This document shows positions 49,309-59,934 of a stretch of 64,000 nt of DNA, piece after piece (within the stretch, counting starts at the first letter, position 1; each line of letters starts with the position of its first letter). The stretch is from Candidatus Latescibacterota bacterium (lineage in GTDB: Bacteria; Latescibacterota; UBA2968; UBA8231), in the NCBI GenBank assembly GCA_963422735.1, contig OY730476.1, positions 480,001 to 544,000 on the forward strand. The letters are read 5' to 3'. The position numbers were made by a program, and so were the translations under genes. The notes below the pieces were generated by a model. The model was given only the letters and a program-made list of their open reading frames with translations, was not told where the DNA came from and ran no database searches.

Positions 49309-49515
49309 TTACACCTCGACTAGGGCGACGGAAGTTTGCGGTTCAGGTACTGGGTCGCCGTGCTCCCGAAGTGATTCCAAGTGCATGATGATCGCTTCGC
49401 GGATCAATTCCTCCACTTCGACCTGCGAATCTCTGGCGGCGATGCAGCCCGGCAAATCGGACATATAAGCCGAGTAGCCGTTGCCAGTCTTTTCGATGAC
49501 GACACTGTATTGCAT
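49309..49515 (-). CDS. hicB: HicB family antitoxin
   Basis: YSVVIEK..GYSAY.SDLPGCIA, EAIIMHLESL. Confidence 0.85.
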   Translation of the reverse strand: MQYSVVIEKTGNGYSAYMSDLPGCIAARDSQVEVEELIREAIIMHLESLREHGDPVPEPQTSVALVEV

Positions 49516-49517
49516 GG

Positions 49518-49700
49518 TTATTCTCCTCTGCCGAGTCCAGCCTGTTGCAGAATACTGTTCCAAGTTTTAGGTGCCAAATCCTTGCTTATCCTCAGTCCCC
49601 GATTTCTCAGGGTGCCGATATTGCCGATGGCTTCCACGAGTACGGTCCAACCTCCAGCCATCTCGCTCTACGATCCGTCTCGCATCTCTAACTTTGGCAT
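49518..49700 (-). pseudogene. hicA: HicA toxin, internally deleted and frameshifted
   Basis: DGWRLDRTRGSHRQYRHP / DLAPKTWNSILQQAGL in different frames. Confidence 0.8.
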
Positions 49701-49804
49701 ACCTCAGCTCCGTCAGCCGCTCGCCATCTTCGCTACTGTGTCGCCGCGCCGCCTCCCGAAGCTGCGACAGGCCCCATCTAGAAGATGCTAGCGCGGTAAG
49801 ATGC

Positions 49805-50941
49805 CTAGCCGGGGGCAATCAGCTCGTCAACTTGCTCTTTGAGCACGTCGAGGACCACGTCGTACGGGAACTGGCCGATGAGCTGGGGGCCGCGCTTGAG
49901 GTTGACGAAGTTGGGCGCGCACCACAGCCCTAGGTCGGCGTCGTCGGTCTCGCCCGGGCCGTTGACCCGGCAGCCCATGACGGCGATGGTAATCTGGTGA
50001 TCGCGGGCGTACTCGGTTAGCTCGCGCACTTGGTGCGCTAGGTCGATGAAGGCTTCGTTTTCCACCCGCGAACAGGAAGGGCAGGAGATAATGTTCAGAC
50101 CGGCCGGGAGCGACTTGGGGACCGAGCGGAAGCGGCCCGAGTAAATGTCGTCGAGAATCTGCCGCCCGACTTTGATTTCCTCGCCCTTGTCGTCAAAAGG
50201 CAAGGTCAGCGAGACGCGAATGGTGTCGCCAATGCCGGCACTGATGAGCTGTTCAAAGGCAATGCGGGTCTTGATTACGCCTTCGGGGGGCATCCCGGCC
50301 TCGGTGACGCCGAGGTGCAGCGGCACATCGGGCCGCTCTTGGGCAAAGCGGGTGTTGGCGGCAATGACCTTGGCAGGATCGGAGTCTTTGAGCGAGACGC
50401 AGTAGCGGTGAAAGCCCAATGCGTCGAGCAGTTCGCAGTGCTCTAAGGCCGAGGCGATCATGGGCGCGATAGAGTCCTCAGCCGGAAAGCGCTCGGCTTG
50501 GGCCGGATCGACCGAGCCGCAGTTTATCCCCACGCGCAGGGCGCAGTCGTGCTTGGCCCCCTCATCCGCGATGAAGGCGACCTTGTCGGCGACCGGCTTG
50601 TCCTTTTCGTGGTGATAGAGGTGCCCGGGGTTGTAGCGTATTTTCTCCACGTGCGGTGCCACGCTGCGGACCAACCGGTAGTTTTCTTGCAGATCCACGG
50701 ACAGAGGCACGTCAACAGTCGGCGCGATTTGTGCGAGGGCCTCCACGTCTTTTTTGCTATCTACAGCAACGCGGATGACGTCCGCCCCGGCCTCGGCTAA
50801 GAGCCGGAGTTGGCGGATGGTGGCCTCGGTGTCTTGAGTGCGGGTAGCGGCCATGCTTTGCACGGCAATGGGATGGCCACCGCCGATGGTCGTACGGCCG
50901 ATTTGAACCTCGCGGGTGGGATTTCTCGTCGTTGGGTTCAT
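49805..50941 (-). CDS. ispG: (E)-4-hydroxy-3-methylbut-2-enyl-diphosphate synthase
   Basis: [56 protein letters not shown]. Confidence 0.95.
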   Translation of the reverse strand: MNPTTRNPTREVQIGRTTIGGGHPIAVQSMAATRTQDTEATIRQLRLLAEAGADVIRVAVDSKKDVEALAQIAPTVDVPLSVDLQENYRLVRSVAPHVEKIRYNPGHLYHHEKDKPVADKVAFIADEGAKHDCALRVGINCGSVDPAQAERFPAEDSIAPMIASALEHCELLDALGFHRYCVSLKDSDPAKVIAANTRFAQERPDVPLHLGVTEAGMPPEGVIKTRIAFEQLISAGIGDTIRVSLTLPFDDKGEEIKVGRQILDDIYSGRFRSVPKSLPAGLNIISCPSCSRVENEAFIDLAHQVRELTEYARDHQITIAVMGCRVNGPGETDDADLGLWCAPNFVNLKRGPQLIGQFPYDVVLDVLKEQVDELIAPG

Positions 50942-50994
50942 GGCCCAAAAGTTAAACGCGAGGTCTTGTTTGTCAAAGGAAGAAACACAGCGGG

Positions 50995-51351
50995 GTGCTT
51001 GGTGGTGGATGGATTGGCGGAGCAGCCCCATGCGGGCTGGACCTACGCCGATATCACCGCGCGGCCCATGCGCCGGCAGGTCTTGACCATGCAGTGCATT
51101 GGCAACTGGATCGGAGGGCCGTTGGTGGGCAATGCCGAGTGGGGCGGTCGCTGTCCGAGGTGCTCAACATGGCCGAGATCAAGAGCGAGGCGATCCGGGT
51201 CGGCTATACTAAGTTGATTCCACATAGAGCGCACGCTCCGCGACCAGGTACTCCTCGCTTGGGAAATGAACGGCGAGCCGCTGCCATCGAAGCACGGGTT
51301 TCCCCTGCGCTTTATAAACCCCGGGCATTACGGCCAAAAGATGCCCCCTAG
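50995..51351 (+). pseudogene. Molybdopterin oxidoreductase (sulfite oxidase/MsrP-like) remnant
   Basis: [22 protein letters not shown] and LLAWEMNGEPLPSKHGFPLRFINPGHYGQKMP in different frames. Confidence 0.75.
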
Positions 51352-51381
51352 CTGGGAGGGCGGGATTGGCCGTCCGGCAGG

Positions 51382-51669
51382 CTAGTTTTCCGGGAACCAA
51401 GTTTGGATTTTGGCGCATATCGCGCGCGCTTGGGCGGAGCTTGACACCTCAAACTTGCTGCGCTGCAGAAAGGTGCCGTCGCGCTTCTGGTAGCGGCGAA
51501 TGGATATTTTGCGCGGGCCGTACTCACCGGTTTTGCGGTCGAGGTCTTGGTAGAGGTACATAACCGTCGCCCAAGCCCCCTTGCTGAGCACTTCCTTGGC
51601 CACTTCTTTGCGCAAGACTTTGCCGTCTTCCTCGTAGTGGATGGTGAGTTCGTCAATCGTTTCGGCCAT
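51382..51669 (-). CDS. Conserved hypothetical protein, possibly PC4-like nucleic-acid-binding fold
   Basis: KEVLSKGAWATVMYLYQ, ISIRRYQK; host-like codon usage. Confidence 0.7.
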   Translation of the reverse strand: MAETIDELTIHYEEDGKVLRKEVAKEVLSKGAWATVMYLYQDLDRKTGEYGPRKISIRRYQKRDGTFLQRSKFEVSSSAQARAICAKIQTWFPEN

Positions 51670-51719
51670 TGTTAAACTCTACGTTGTGGATTGAAGGTTG
51701 GCATGCGTCTGCAGTGCTG

Positions 51720-52580
51720 TTATCTATTATGATAGAACATAGGACGAGGGACAAGAGCTACGGGAGGACAAGCTCCAGATGCCTCGTACAGAGTCATCAC
51801 GTCAAACGCTGGAACACCTTCGGGCGCGAAGTACCACTTTGCAATGAGACGCTCGTCCTCCACGCCCTTAAGGTCAAAGATCGTCTCTTGGTTGGGGTAT
51901 TGGCACACAAAGTAATCGCGCACCTGTTTCAGATTCACTGAGAAGGCCGGGCCTTGCTTGGACACGGTGATTTTGGCATGCGCGAAAAGCAGCGGTTTTT
52001 GACCAAAGGTCTCTAGCCCGTGTGCTGGCGCGAGGATGTCGAGATAGTTTTTCATGCGCTATTGCATTGCGATGCGGCAGCAGTTGGCAAAAAGGCGCTT
52101 TGGCATAGGTGTAGAGGTATGGTTGGCTCTCGAAGAGAAGGGGGAGTTGGAGTTTTTGCCTCAACAACTCCACCTTGCGCTCAAATTGCCGGGGGACCGT
52201 TTTGCATTCTTTTCTATCGCGTTCATCTCCGCACAAAATCTTCTCGATCTCCCTTTCGACAATCTCACCGCCATATAACGTTCAATGCGGTTCATCGTTT
52301 CTTATAAGATGTCTAGCCTCTCGTGAAGGGCGTGGACTTTGTTCGCGATGTACGCAGAAATCGCCAGATTCAAAAACGAGAGCGAGCCAATGAGATTAAG
52401 CCCGCTCAAGCCAACAGATAGCCCCGATGCCCCGATAAAAGAATGGGCTAGCTCGGGGCTGTCTGGCGGCAAATAGCGAATATTCCTCGGGTTAAAAATT
52501 GGCCCATCCTGCCCGAGCACTTGATAAGCGAGCCTGCCGGACGGTCCCGGCCCCAATTAGTCAAAAGGTACTGTATTCAT
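51720..52580 (-). pseudogene. Low-GC fragmented gene of unknown family
   Basis: Three short consecutive minus-strand ORFs separated by stops or frameshifts. Confidence 0.35.
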
Positions 52581-52671
52581 TAGCTTTTCTCTTGATTAAA
52601 TTAATGCGGATCGACAATCAAAAAGCTACGCAAACGGAGCCAAAAAACAACGCCAAGAGCTAGTGCCTCTT

Positions 52672-55600
52672 ATGAAGCTGGACATTCAGGACAAATTTCT
52701 ACAGCGCGATGGCCGGGTCTTTCTCACGGGCATGGAGGCGATTGTGCGCCTTGTGCGCGAAAAACAGGAGCGCGACCAAGCCACCGGCCACGTCAACCAG
52801 ACCTATTTCACCGGCTACGAGGGGTCGCCGCTGGGTGGGCTGGACCTGAAGCTAGTCGCCCAACTCGAAATGCTCAACGAGCTAGGGCGCACAGTGCATC
52901 AGTTCGGCATCAACGAGAAAACCGCGGCCTCCGCCGTGTTGGGCAGCCAATTTGCGGCGAGTGGGGACGTGGATGCCTTTTGGTATGGCAAGGCGCACGG
53001 CACGATGTGGATTCCCGACGAGGTGTGGTTGGCCAACCTCAGCGGCACTGGGGCACGCGGCGCGATGGTCCTGCTGTCGGGAGAAGATCACCGCTCCAAA
53101 AGCTCGGTCTCGCCCGGGGCCAGCGATTGGGTGTTGCGCAGCAGCATGGTGCCGATTTTCTATCCGGCCAGCATCGAGGACGTCATCCGATTGGGGCTGC
53201 ACGCGGTTGCTCTGTCGCGCCACGCCGGCGTGGTAACCGCGCTCAAGCTAACAACGCCGGTGTGCGATGGCGCGGGCACGGTTGACTTGGCCAGTGTGCG
53301 GCCAGACATCGCATTGCCCGAGCGCGCCTTTGCCAAGCGATTCAACCAGATCGTCATGGCTACGGGCGCGTTGCCCATGCAGCAGCAACTCGTGGAAGAA
53401 AAGTGGCCGCTGGTGGAAGCATATATCCGTGCCAACGACCTCAACCGCATCGTGGATGCGGACGCGGGTGGTGGAGTCGGCATCGTGGCCGTGGGCAAGA
53501 GCTACGCGGACGTGCGGCAGGCCCTCTCCTACTTGGGGCTGCGAGTCCCGGTGTTGCACCTTGCGGTAAGCTATCCGCTCGACTGCGAAATCGTGCGTGC
53601 ATTTGCCCAAGGTCTGCGGCACCTCTACGTGATCGAAGAACCAGGTCCTTTTGTCGAAGATGGCGTCAAAGCCGCGCTGTGGGGAGCGGATGTGGAGGCC
53701 GTGCACGGCCAGTTTGCCGAGGACGGGCAGCCGCTGATTCCGGCACACGGAGAAGTCGATCCCGAGGAATTGGCACTCAAGCTCGGGCCGCGCCTGGGGG
53801 CGGCCCCCGAGCGCCTCGCCGCGCTACAGCACGTACTCGAGCGCACCTATCCGGCCATGCCTCGCGTCACGCCTATGTCCTGCGGCGGCTGTCCGTACAA
53901 CAGCTTCCGAGATTTGCGCGAAAAGCCTGGGGGGGCGATTGGCTGCTCCTCCATTCGGGCGATTGAAGCCTATGACTCCGGCGTTCTCTACATCCCCACG
54001 ATGGGGGCCGGCGGCGCTATTTACAGCGGTTGGGCACCCTTCAACGGCAACCAGCACATCTATCAATACTTAGGCGATGGGAGCTATTTCCACAGTGGCC
54101 GCGGCGCGATCCAAAGCTGCATCCAAGGCGAGGTGAACATCACCTTCTTGTTGCTTTTCAACGGGGCCGTCGCGCTCACCGGCGGGCAGACGCCCGGGGG
54201 GCAGCGGCCGGTGTCGGATGTGGTACAGGAGCTTTTGGGGCTGGGGGTCGTGAAGGTGGGAATAGTCAGCGAGGATCCGGTGCGCTACCGCCACTTGGGA
54301 GGGGAGCGGATCGAGGTGTTCGGCTTGGAGCACCACGCCGAAGCCCTCGCGCAGTTTAAGGAGATTGCCGGGACGACCGTGCTCATCCTCGACAAGGAAT
54401 GTGCCACCGAGAAAGGCCGCCGTCGCCGCCGCCAGGGTTTGACGCCCGACGAATACGTGCTCATCGACGAGGCCATTTGCGAAGGCTGCGGCGACTGTTA
54501 TGCCCAGTCCGAAGGTTGCGCCGCGCTCTACAGCGTGGCGACCGAGTTTGGCGACAAGACGCAGGTGCGGCAGGCCCAGTGCGCCCAAGACGGGCTGTGC
54601 ATCGACGGCGAGTGCCCATCTTTTGCCGTGGTCAAGCCGGCCAAAGGTACGCGCTTGCGCCGCCGCCGCCCAGAGCCTTTGGACGAGATCCCAGAGCCTC
54701 CAGCGTGCCCGCTGGACCGGCCGTACGCGATCTTCGCTATGGGACGGGGCGGGACGGGTGTGGTGACGATTTCTCATCTCATTGCGTACGCGGCCATGAT
54801 GGAGGGCAAATACGTGTATTTGTCTAACAACACCGGCTTGGCGCAAAAGGGTGGGCCGGTAGAAGCACCGATTGTGATAAGCACCGCCGAGCAGCCCGTG
54901 TTCAATCGGCTCTTCCCCGGGGAGGTCGATCTGTACTTGGGGTTTGACCTTTTACGGGCGGCCGAGCCGGACAACCTCAAATACGCCGCGCCCCAGCGCA
55001 CCCGCGCCCTCGTCAGCACCGCTGAAATCGCCAATGCGGCCATGAATCGCAACCCGCGCACACAGCCCTTTCCCGATGCGGCCCGGCTGCGCGCTCTGAT
55101 CGATCGCTGCACGAGCAAGGACAACATCTACCTCGATACCTACTGGCTGGCCGAGCGGCTCTTCGCAGATACAATTTTCGCTAACATGCTCTTGTTGGGG
55201 GCTGCGTATCAGGCCGGGGTGCTGCCCTTACAAGTAGCCTCCATTGAGCAGGCCATCGCCCTCAACGCGCAGGCCGTGGAAAACAATGTGCAGGCTTTCC
55301 GATGGGGGCGTTTGGCCGTGGCCGACCCGGCGCGGGTGGAGCGGGCGTTGGGGACTCAGCAAGTGTCCGCCGTCCAAACGTTGGCCGAGGTGCGGGAGCG
55401 GCTGGCGGACGACGTGGCGGCGCGGGTGCTTTTCGACGAGGGTTTGGCTGCATTGGCGGGTTTGAATGTAGAGGGGCAGAAGGAGTTGGGGGTGCGGCTG
55501 GCCGAGCTGTGCGCGTATCAGGACATTGCGTATGCCCGGCGCTACTTGGGATTTATGCGCCAAGTGTGGGAAGCTGATCGGGGCTTGTCGCACGGCTTGC

Positions 55601-56097
55601 AGCTTACGCGGGCCGTGGTGCGGGGCCTGTTCAAGCTGATGGCGTACAAAGACGAATACGAGGTCGCGCGGTTGGCGACGCGCAACGGCAGCGAGGAGCG
55701 GATGCGCACCTTGTTCGACGGGGAGGTGAAAATCGTCCGGCAGTTGCATCCGCCCACGCTGCGGCGTTTGCTCAAGGGCAAGATCGGCTTCGGCAAGGGC
55801 CTGCGTCCGGTGCTGGTGCTTTTGAGCCGGCTGAAGGGGTTGCGCGGTACGCGCTTGGACCCGTTTGGGTACACGGCAGCGCGCCGCTTAGAACGCGAAC
55901 TGATGGATTGGTACTGCGGGTTGATCGAAGAGGTCTTGCCAGCACTGGGAGACAAAAGCTATGGGCTAGCCGTAGAAATCGCCGAATTGCCGGACGGCAT
56001 TCGCGGGTACGAGCAGGTAAAAGAGGCGTCGGCTGCCCAGGCCAAACAGCGGGCTGAGCGCTTGTTAGCGGAGTTTCGCGCCCAGTGCTCGGCTTAG
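52672..56097 (+). CDS. Fused indolepyruvate:ferredoxin oxidoreductase family protein
   Basis: TGYEGSPLGGLD, GINEKTAA, GDGSYFHSG, CEGCGDC, GTGVVTI, GLAQKGG, KLMAYKDEYEVARL. Confidence 0.92.
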   Translation: MKLDIQDKFLQRDGRVFLTGMEAIVRLVREKQERDQATGHVNQTYFTGYEGSPLGGLDLKLVAQLEMLNELGRTVHQFGINEKTAASAVLGSQFAASGDVDAFWYGKAHGTMWIPDEVWLANLSGTGARGAMVLLSGEDHRSKSSVSPGASDWVLRSSMVPIFYPASIEDVIRLGLHAVALSRHAGVVTALKLTTPVCDGAGTVDLASVRPDIALPERAFAKRFNQIVMATGALPMQQQLVEEKWPLVEAYIRANDLNRIVDADAGGGVGIVAVGKSYADVRQALSYLGLRVPVLHLAVSYPLDCEIVRAFAQGLRHLYVIEEPGPFVEDGVKAALWGADVEAVHGQFAEDGQPLIPAHGEVDPEELALKLGPRLGAAPERLAALQHVLERTYPAMPRVTPMSCGGCPYNSFRDLREKPGGAIGCSSIRAIEAYDSGVLYIPTMGAGGAIYSGWAPFNGNQHIYQYLGDGSYFHSGRGAIQSCIQGEVNITFLLLFNGAVALTGGQTPGGQRPVSDVVQELLGLGVVKVGIVSEDPVRYRHLGGERIEVFGLEHHAEALAQFKEIAGTTVLILDKECATEKGRRRRRQGLTPDEYVLIDEAICEGCGDCYAQSEGCAALYSVATEFGDKTQVRQAQCAQDGLCIDGECPSFAVVKPAKGTRLRRRRPEPLDEIPEPPACPLDRPYAIFAMGRGGTGVVTISHLIAYAAMMEGKYVYLSNNTGLAQKGGPVEAPIVISTAEQPVFNRLFPGEVDLYLGFDLLRAAEPDNLKYAAPQRTRALVSTAEIANAAMNRNPRTQPFPDAARLRALIDRCTSKDNIYLDTYWLAERLFADTIFANMLLLGAAYQAGVLPLQVASIEQAIALNAQAVENNVQAFRWGRLAVADPARVERALGTQQVSAVQTLAEVRERLADDVAARVLFDEGLAALAGLNVEGQKELGVRLAELCAYQDIAYARRYLGFMRQVWEADRGLSHGLQLTRAVVRGLFKLMAYKDEYEVARLATRNGSEERMRTLFDGEVKIVRQLHPPTLRRLLKGKIGFGKGLRPVLVLLSRLKGLRGTRLDPFGYTAARRLERELMDWYCGLIEEVLPALGDKSYGLAVEIAELPDGIRGYEQVKEASAAQAKQRAERLLAEFRAQCSA

Positions 56098-56930
56098 AAA
56101 TTGACCAAAACCGGCTGGCGCGTCCTCAGTGCCCGCCGCAGGCCGCTGAGCAGGGCTTGGCCACTGACGCCTGAGTATTCACTCGGCGGATTCTTTTTTT
56201 CCCAAAAATCGCGCAACCACGCCAGTTCGGCCGGAGGGGCTATCGCCTCGGGTGCGACGTGGGCTCCCTTGGCGCTGGCTAGGGCGATCCCGCTATGCGC
56301 GGCACTGGCCGAGATTACGCCGCCCCGGCCCAGCAAGGTCAGTTCGGCGAGTGCCGGCTGGGGAGCGACGACTAGTTGGAGTGCTGCGCCGCTCGGAGCG
56401 GTGGCGGTTAGCACGACTTGGTAGGCGCGGACGTGGCGGTTGGCGCAAAGATGTCCTTCGACAAGGGTCTCGCCCAACAGATCGCTGGCAAAGGCTAGCT
56501 GGCGACAAGCAGCCCACCACGCCGGCAGCAATCCCGGCTCTCGGACGCCGGACACGAGCCGCAAATAGACCGGCTCGGCAAACGAGGGGTCGCGTCGCTG
56601 CTGGAGTGCCTTGGCAAATAGGGGCGATCCGCGATGGACGCCGCCGCTGGCGATGGGCGGGTCGGCCTTGGGCACCGGCCCGGCGCAAAGGACGGCGACG
56701 CCGGTTTGGAGGCAGATGCGGACGTCGTCGTGAAGGGCTGCATAAGGTGAGAGGAAGGCGCAGACGCGGGGGCTGGTTGCTTGGAGCATGGCCTGCAAGT
56801 CGCTAAAAAAAGGCAGAGTAGTGCCGGAGTGCCGACGCACCGGATAGTACAGGCCCTTAATCGGCAGGGCAGCGGCGAGTTGGCCAACGAGCGGGCCGAG
56901 GGCGGGATGGGCGCTGAGGACGATAGTCAT
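56094..56930 (-). CDS. Hypothetical protein, possibly a degenerate Gfo/Idh/MocA-like fold
   Basis: 4-nt overlap with upstream oxidoreductase; CLQTGVAVLCAGP echoes AL.AGKHVLCEKP. Confidence 0.55.
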   Translation of the reverse strand: MTIVLSAHPALGPLVGQLAAALPIKGLYYPVRRHSGTTLPFFSDLQAMLQATSPRVCAFLSPYAALHDDVRICLQTGVAVLCAGPVPKADPPIASGGVHRGSPLFAKALQQRRDPSFAEPVYLRLVSGVREPGLLPAWWAACRQLAFASDLLGETLVEGHLCANRHVRAYQVVLTATAPSGAALQLVVAPQPALAELTLLGRGGVISASAAHSGIALASAKGAHVAPEAIAPPAELAWLRDFWEKKNPPSEYSGVSGQALLSGLRRALRTRQPVLVNF

Positions 56931-58063
56931 AGCTTTTGCTCCAGCGGCAGGGCAATGGCCGCGTTGCACTCGACGGCGCGGTAGCCAGCGAGGATAATTT
57001 CCATCAAATTTCGCGCTTGGCGCACGCCATAGCGGGGCGGTCGGTCGTCGTCGATGGCGGCGATCAAATCGTCGAGCCCGGCTGCCAAGCCAGCTCCATC
57101 CTCGGATAGGGCGGCGGTTGGGACCGGCGGCCCTCCGTGCCACTGCATGGGGTCCTCGGGGTCGGGCCGATAGTCGTAGCCGGTGCTATAGTCGCGCAGA
57201 TAGGCGTCCAGCGCCGGTCTTTTGCCATCGATGGTGGCACTCTGGCGAGTGCCGATTAGGTACGCCCGCGATGGTCCGCCTTGGGGATGGGAGGCTGCGC
57301 CAATGCGACCGCCGCACAAGGTCGCCACGCGGCCATCGGCATCGGTCATAGTCAGAGTGCCAAAATCTTCGCAGCCGTGGGCTGCGTGTTCGGGGAAGAA
57401 GAAGGCCCCGGCGTGGCCGACGACGTGGCGGATGGGGCCGAGGCATTCTTGGATCAGGCCGACCGCATAAGCGCCCACCGTCAGCAACTCTCTTTTGATA
57501 TCGGGGTATTTCCACCGGCCGTTGGGTTCGACAAAGGCGTGGCGTTGGGTTATGGGTCGCGGCCAACCCTTGCCGAACATCACATCGACGTGAACGCCAA
57601 GGAGGGTGCCCAAGTCGCCGCTGGCGAGGACTTGGCGGGTATGCTGGGCGAGGGTGCCGTAGGCGTAGCCGGGGATGATTGCCCGGACACCGGTGCGCTC
57701 GACTGCTACCGCGGATGCCTCGGATTCGGCGAGGGTGGCTCCGGGAAACTTGTCGATCCACAGGTGCTTGCCGGCCTCGGCAGCGCGGACGATGAGCGTG
57801 GACCGTCGTTCGATCTCGCAGCCGACGCTGACCATATCGACGGCCGGGTCGTCGATGGACTCGTCGAGGTCCTCTGAGTAGGGTACGCCGAGTTGGCTAG
57901 CCCATTGCTGATTGTAGCGGCGCAAATCCGGGTCAATGTCCGGGTAGTCGGCTACGCCGATGATGCGCAGGCGGGGATGGGCTTGGTACAGGGGGATGAA
58001 GTGCTGCTGGTGGCTGTGTTTGCTGAAGCTGACCAGCAGAATACCGTAGGTCTCAGCGGACAT
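56927..58063 (-). CDS. Gfo/Idh/MocA family oxidoreductase
   Basis: DDPAVDMVSV, AAEAGKHLWIDK. Confidence 0.8.
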   Translation of the reverse strand: MSAETYGILLVSFSKHSHQQHFIPLYQAHPRLRIIGVADYPDIDPDLRRYNQQWASQLGVPYSEDLDESIDDPAVDMVSVGCEIERRSTLIVRAAEAGKHLWIDKFPGATLAESEASAVAVERTGVRAIIPGYAYGTLAQHTRQVLASGDLGTLLGVHVDVMFGKGWPRPITQRHAFVEPNGRWKYPDIKRELLTVGAYAVGLIQECLGPIRHVVGHAGAFFFPEHAAHGCEDFGTLTMTDADGRVATLCGGRIGAASHPQGGPSRAYLIGTRQSATIDGKRPALDAYLRDYSTGYDYRPDPEDPMQWHGGPPVPTAALSEDGAGLAAGLDDLIAAIDDDRPPRYGVRQARNLMEIILAGYRAVECNAAIALPLEQKL

Positions 58064-58296
58064 GGAATGGTTCCTCGTTGGCGTCTAGGAGACGCACCGG
58101 CAGCTTGTCCGGTACGCGAAATAGTATAACAGCCCTGAGGATGAACGCCAAAAGGGCGACTTAGCGGTTGGTGGGGGTTGGGCGGGTGAGTTCTCTTCTT
58201 ATTTAAAAAAGTGCTATCCTGTGACAGTATTTCCATGCACGGCGGCTACCGGATAGTGCTTGGCGCAGTCTTGGTCGGTTTGGCGGTATTAAAGCG

Positions 58297-58599
58297 GTGC
58301 TTCAGGTGCATCGCTTGCGCGAGGTGCTAGCGCTCGTCGGCTTCACGCGCTTTGAGGCGGTTATGCCGGATATCCACGGCGAATACGAAACCGATGTGGA
58401 GCTTGCGCAGATCGCCCAAGAGCCTTCGTGGTTTCCCGCCGTTGAGAACCGTGGCGAAGGAGTATTCCTACAACTCTGCGCGGATGCTGTACGCACTTGG
58501 CTCAGTAAGCAAAGCGTAACAAAAAGGCTCAACGATCTGGCCGAGGGCCATGGGAAATGGGTTCAGCAGCGCGATAGCCAGCGCCAATTCCCTGGCGGT
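58297..58599 (+). pseudogene. Internal fragment of DUF1998 / DISARM DrmB
   Basis: VHRLREVLALVGFTRFEA...WFPAVENRGEGVFLQL. Confidence 0.75.
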
Positions 58600-58720
58600 C
58601 GGCGCAGCCTCAACAGACGATCTAGTGGAGGGGAGACGCAAGACGTATTCAGCAAGGGACGCTCCCATTTGTGTAGCTTCCGTTGTCAATTCACGTTCTA
58701 ATTTTTTGGGTAGGTCGAGC
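58600..58720 (-). pseudogene. Ribbon-helix-helix antitoxin-like fragment
   Basis: LDLPKKLERELTTEATQMGASLAEYVLRL. Confidence 0.4.
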
Positions 58721-58816
58721 CGGTCTCCTTGGCGTTCTCTACTTCTGCTATCGCTGAGTTGGGTAAGGACGATGGTGCCTCTGATATACGGCAAATCGCC
58801 TTGGGCCGCAATTAGC

Positions 58817-58846
58817 TTGACAGCAGTCGGACACCGAGCCTATTCT
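58817..58846 (+). promoter_or_regulatory. Putative sigma70 promoter
   Basis: TTGACA, 18-bp spacer, TATTCT upstream of RBS AGGAGG. Confidence 0.45.
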
Positions 58847-58871
58847 AGCGATTCCACACAAGGAGGAAATA

Positions 58872-59882
58872 ATGGTCAATATCGGCATTGTTGGCATCGG
58901 CTTTATGGGCATGACCCATTACAAGGCTATGGCCCAAGTCAAAGGGGGCCAAGTCGCGGCCATCGTCTCCGGCGACCCCAAAAAGCGCACGGGGGATTGG
59001 CGCGACATTCAGGGCAATTTTGGCGACAGTGGCGGGGTGCAGGACTTGTCGGAAATACGGTGCTACGAAACGTTGGACGAGCTGTGCGCCGATCCAGAGA
59101 TCGACTTGGTGGATATCTGCCTGCCGACGACGATGCATGTCGAGACTAGCATCCGCGCGCTAGCCGCGGGCAAGCACGTGCTATTGGAAAAGCCCATTGC
59201 CGTCGCCTTAGACGCCGCCGATCAGGTTGTAGCAGCGGCCCGAAAGCACCAGCGGCAGTTTATGGTTGCCCACGTCTTGCGGTATTTCCCAGAGTTCCGG
59301 CTGATCAAACAGCTCGTTGCCGATGGGGAGCACGGCCCAGTGCTCGCCGCTCACTTCAAGCGCATTATCTCGCGCCCGGCGTGGTGGGCCCCAGAAGATT
59401 TGCAGCGCACCGGCGGACCAGCAATCGACCTGCACATCCACGACGCGGACTTCGTGCAGTTTTTGTTTGGGATGCCCACAGCGGTCAGCGCACAAGGGTA
59501 CCTTGGCCGGGGCGAGACGGTCGAGTACATCAACACCCACTACCAGTACAACGGCCCCATGGCCATCAGCGCCGAAGGTGGCTGGTTGGCGCAACAGGGC
59601 TGTCCCTTTGAGCACGGTTATGACGTGTACTTTGAGGAAGCCACGCTCAAGTACAACTCCTCTTGGGGCCAGCCACCGCAGCTATTGACCAAGGACGGCG
59701 AGGTCTGTACGCCATCTCTGCCGGGTGAGGATGGCTTCGTCGGCGAGTTGCAGGAAGCCGTGGAGGCGATCGCGCACGGCAGGGCGTCGCCGGAACTGGG
59801 CGGTCAGAGTGCGCGGAACTCGCTGCTATTGTGTTTGAAGGAAATTGAGTCGGTGAAGAAGGGGGAGAAGGTGGTGCTATAA
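58872..59882 (+). CDS. Gfo/Idh/MocA family oxidoreductase
   Basis: GIVGIGFMG, AGKHVLLEKP, DLHIHD. Confidence 0.92.
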   Translation: MVNIGIVGIGFMGMTHYKAMAQVKGGQVAAIVSGDPKKRTGDWRDIQGNFGDSGGVQDLSEIRCYETLDELCADPEIDLVDICLPTTMHVETSIRALAAGKHVLLEKPIAVALDAADQVVAAARKHQRQFMVAHVLRYFPEFRLIKQLVADGEHGPVLAAHFKRIISRPAWWAPEDLQRTGGPAIDLHIHDADFVQFLFGMPTAVSAQGYLGRGETVEYINTHYQYNGPMAISAEGGWLAQQGCPFEHGYDVYFEEATLKYNSSWGQPPQLLTKDGEVCTPSLPGEDGFVGELQEAVEAIAHGRASPELGGQSARNSLLLCLKEIESVKKGEKVVL

Positions 59883-59934
59883 CTCCCGACCGTCGCCGGG
59901 CTAATGCCCTTCCACCCCATGGATGGCGCTGGAT

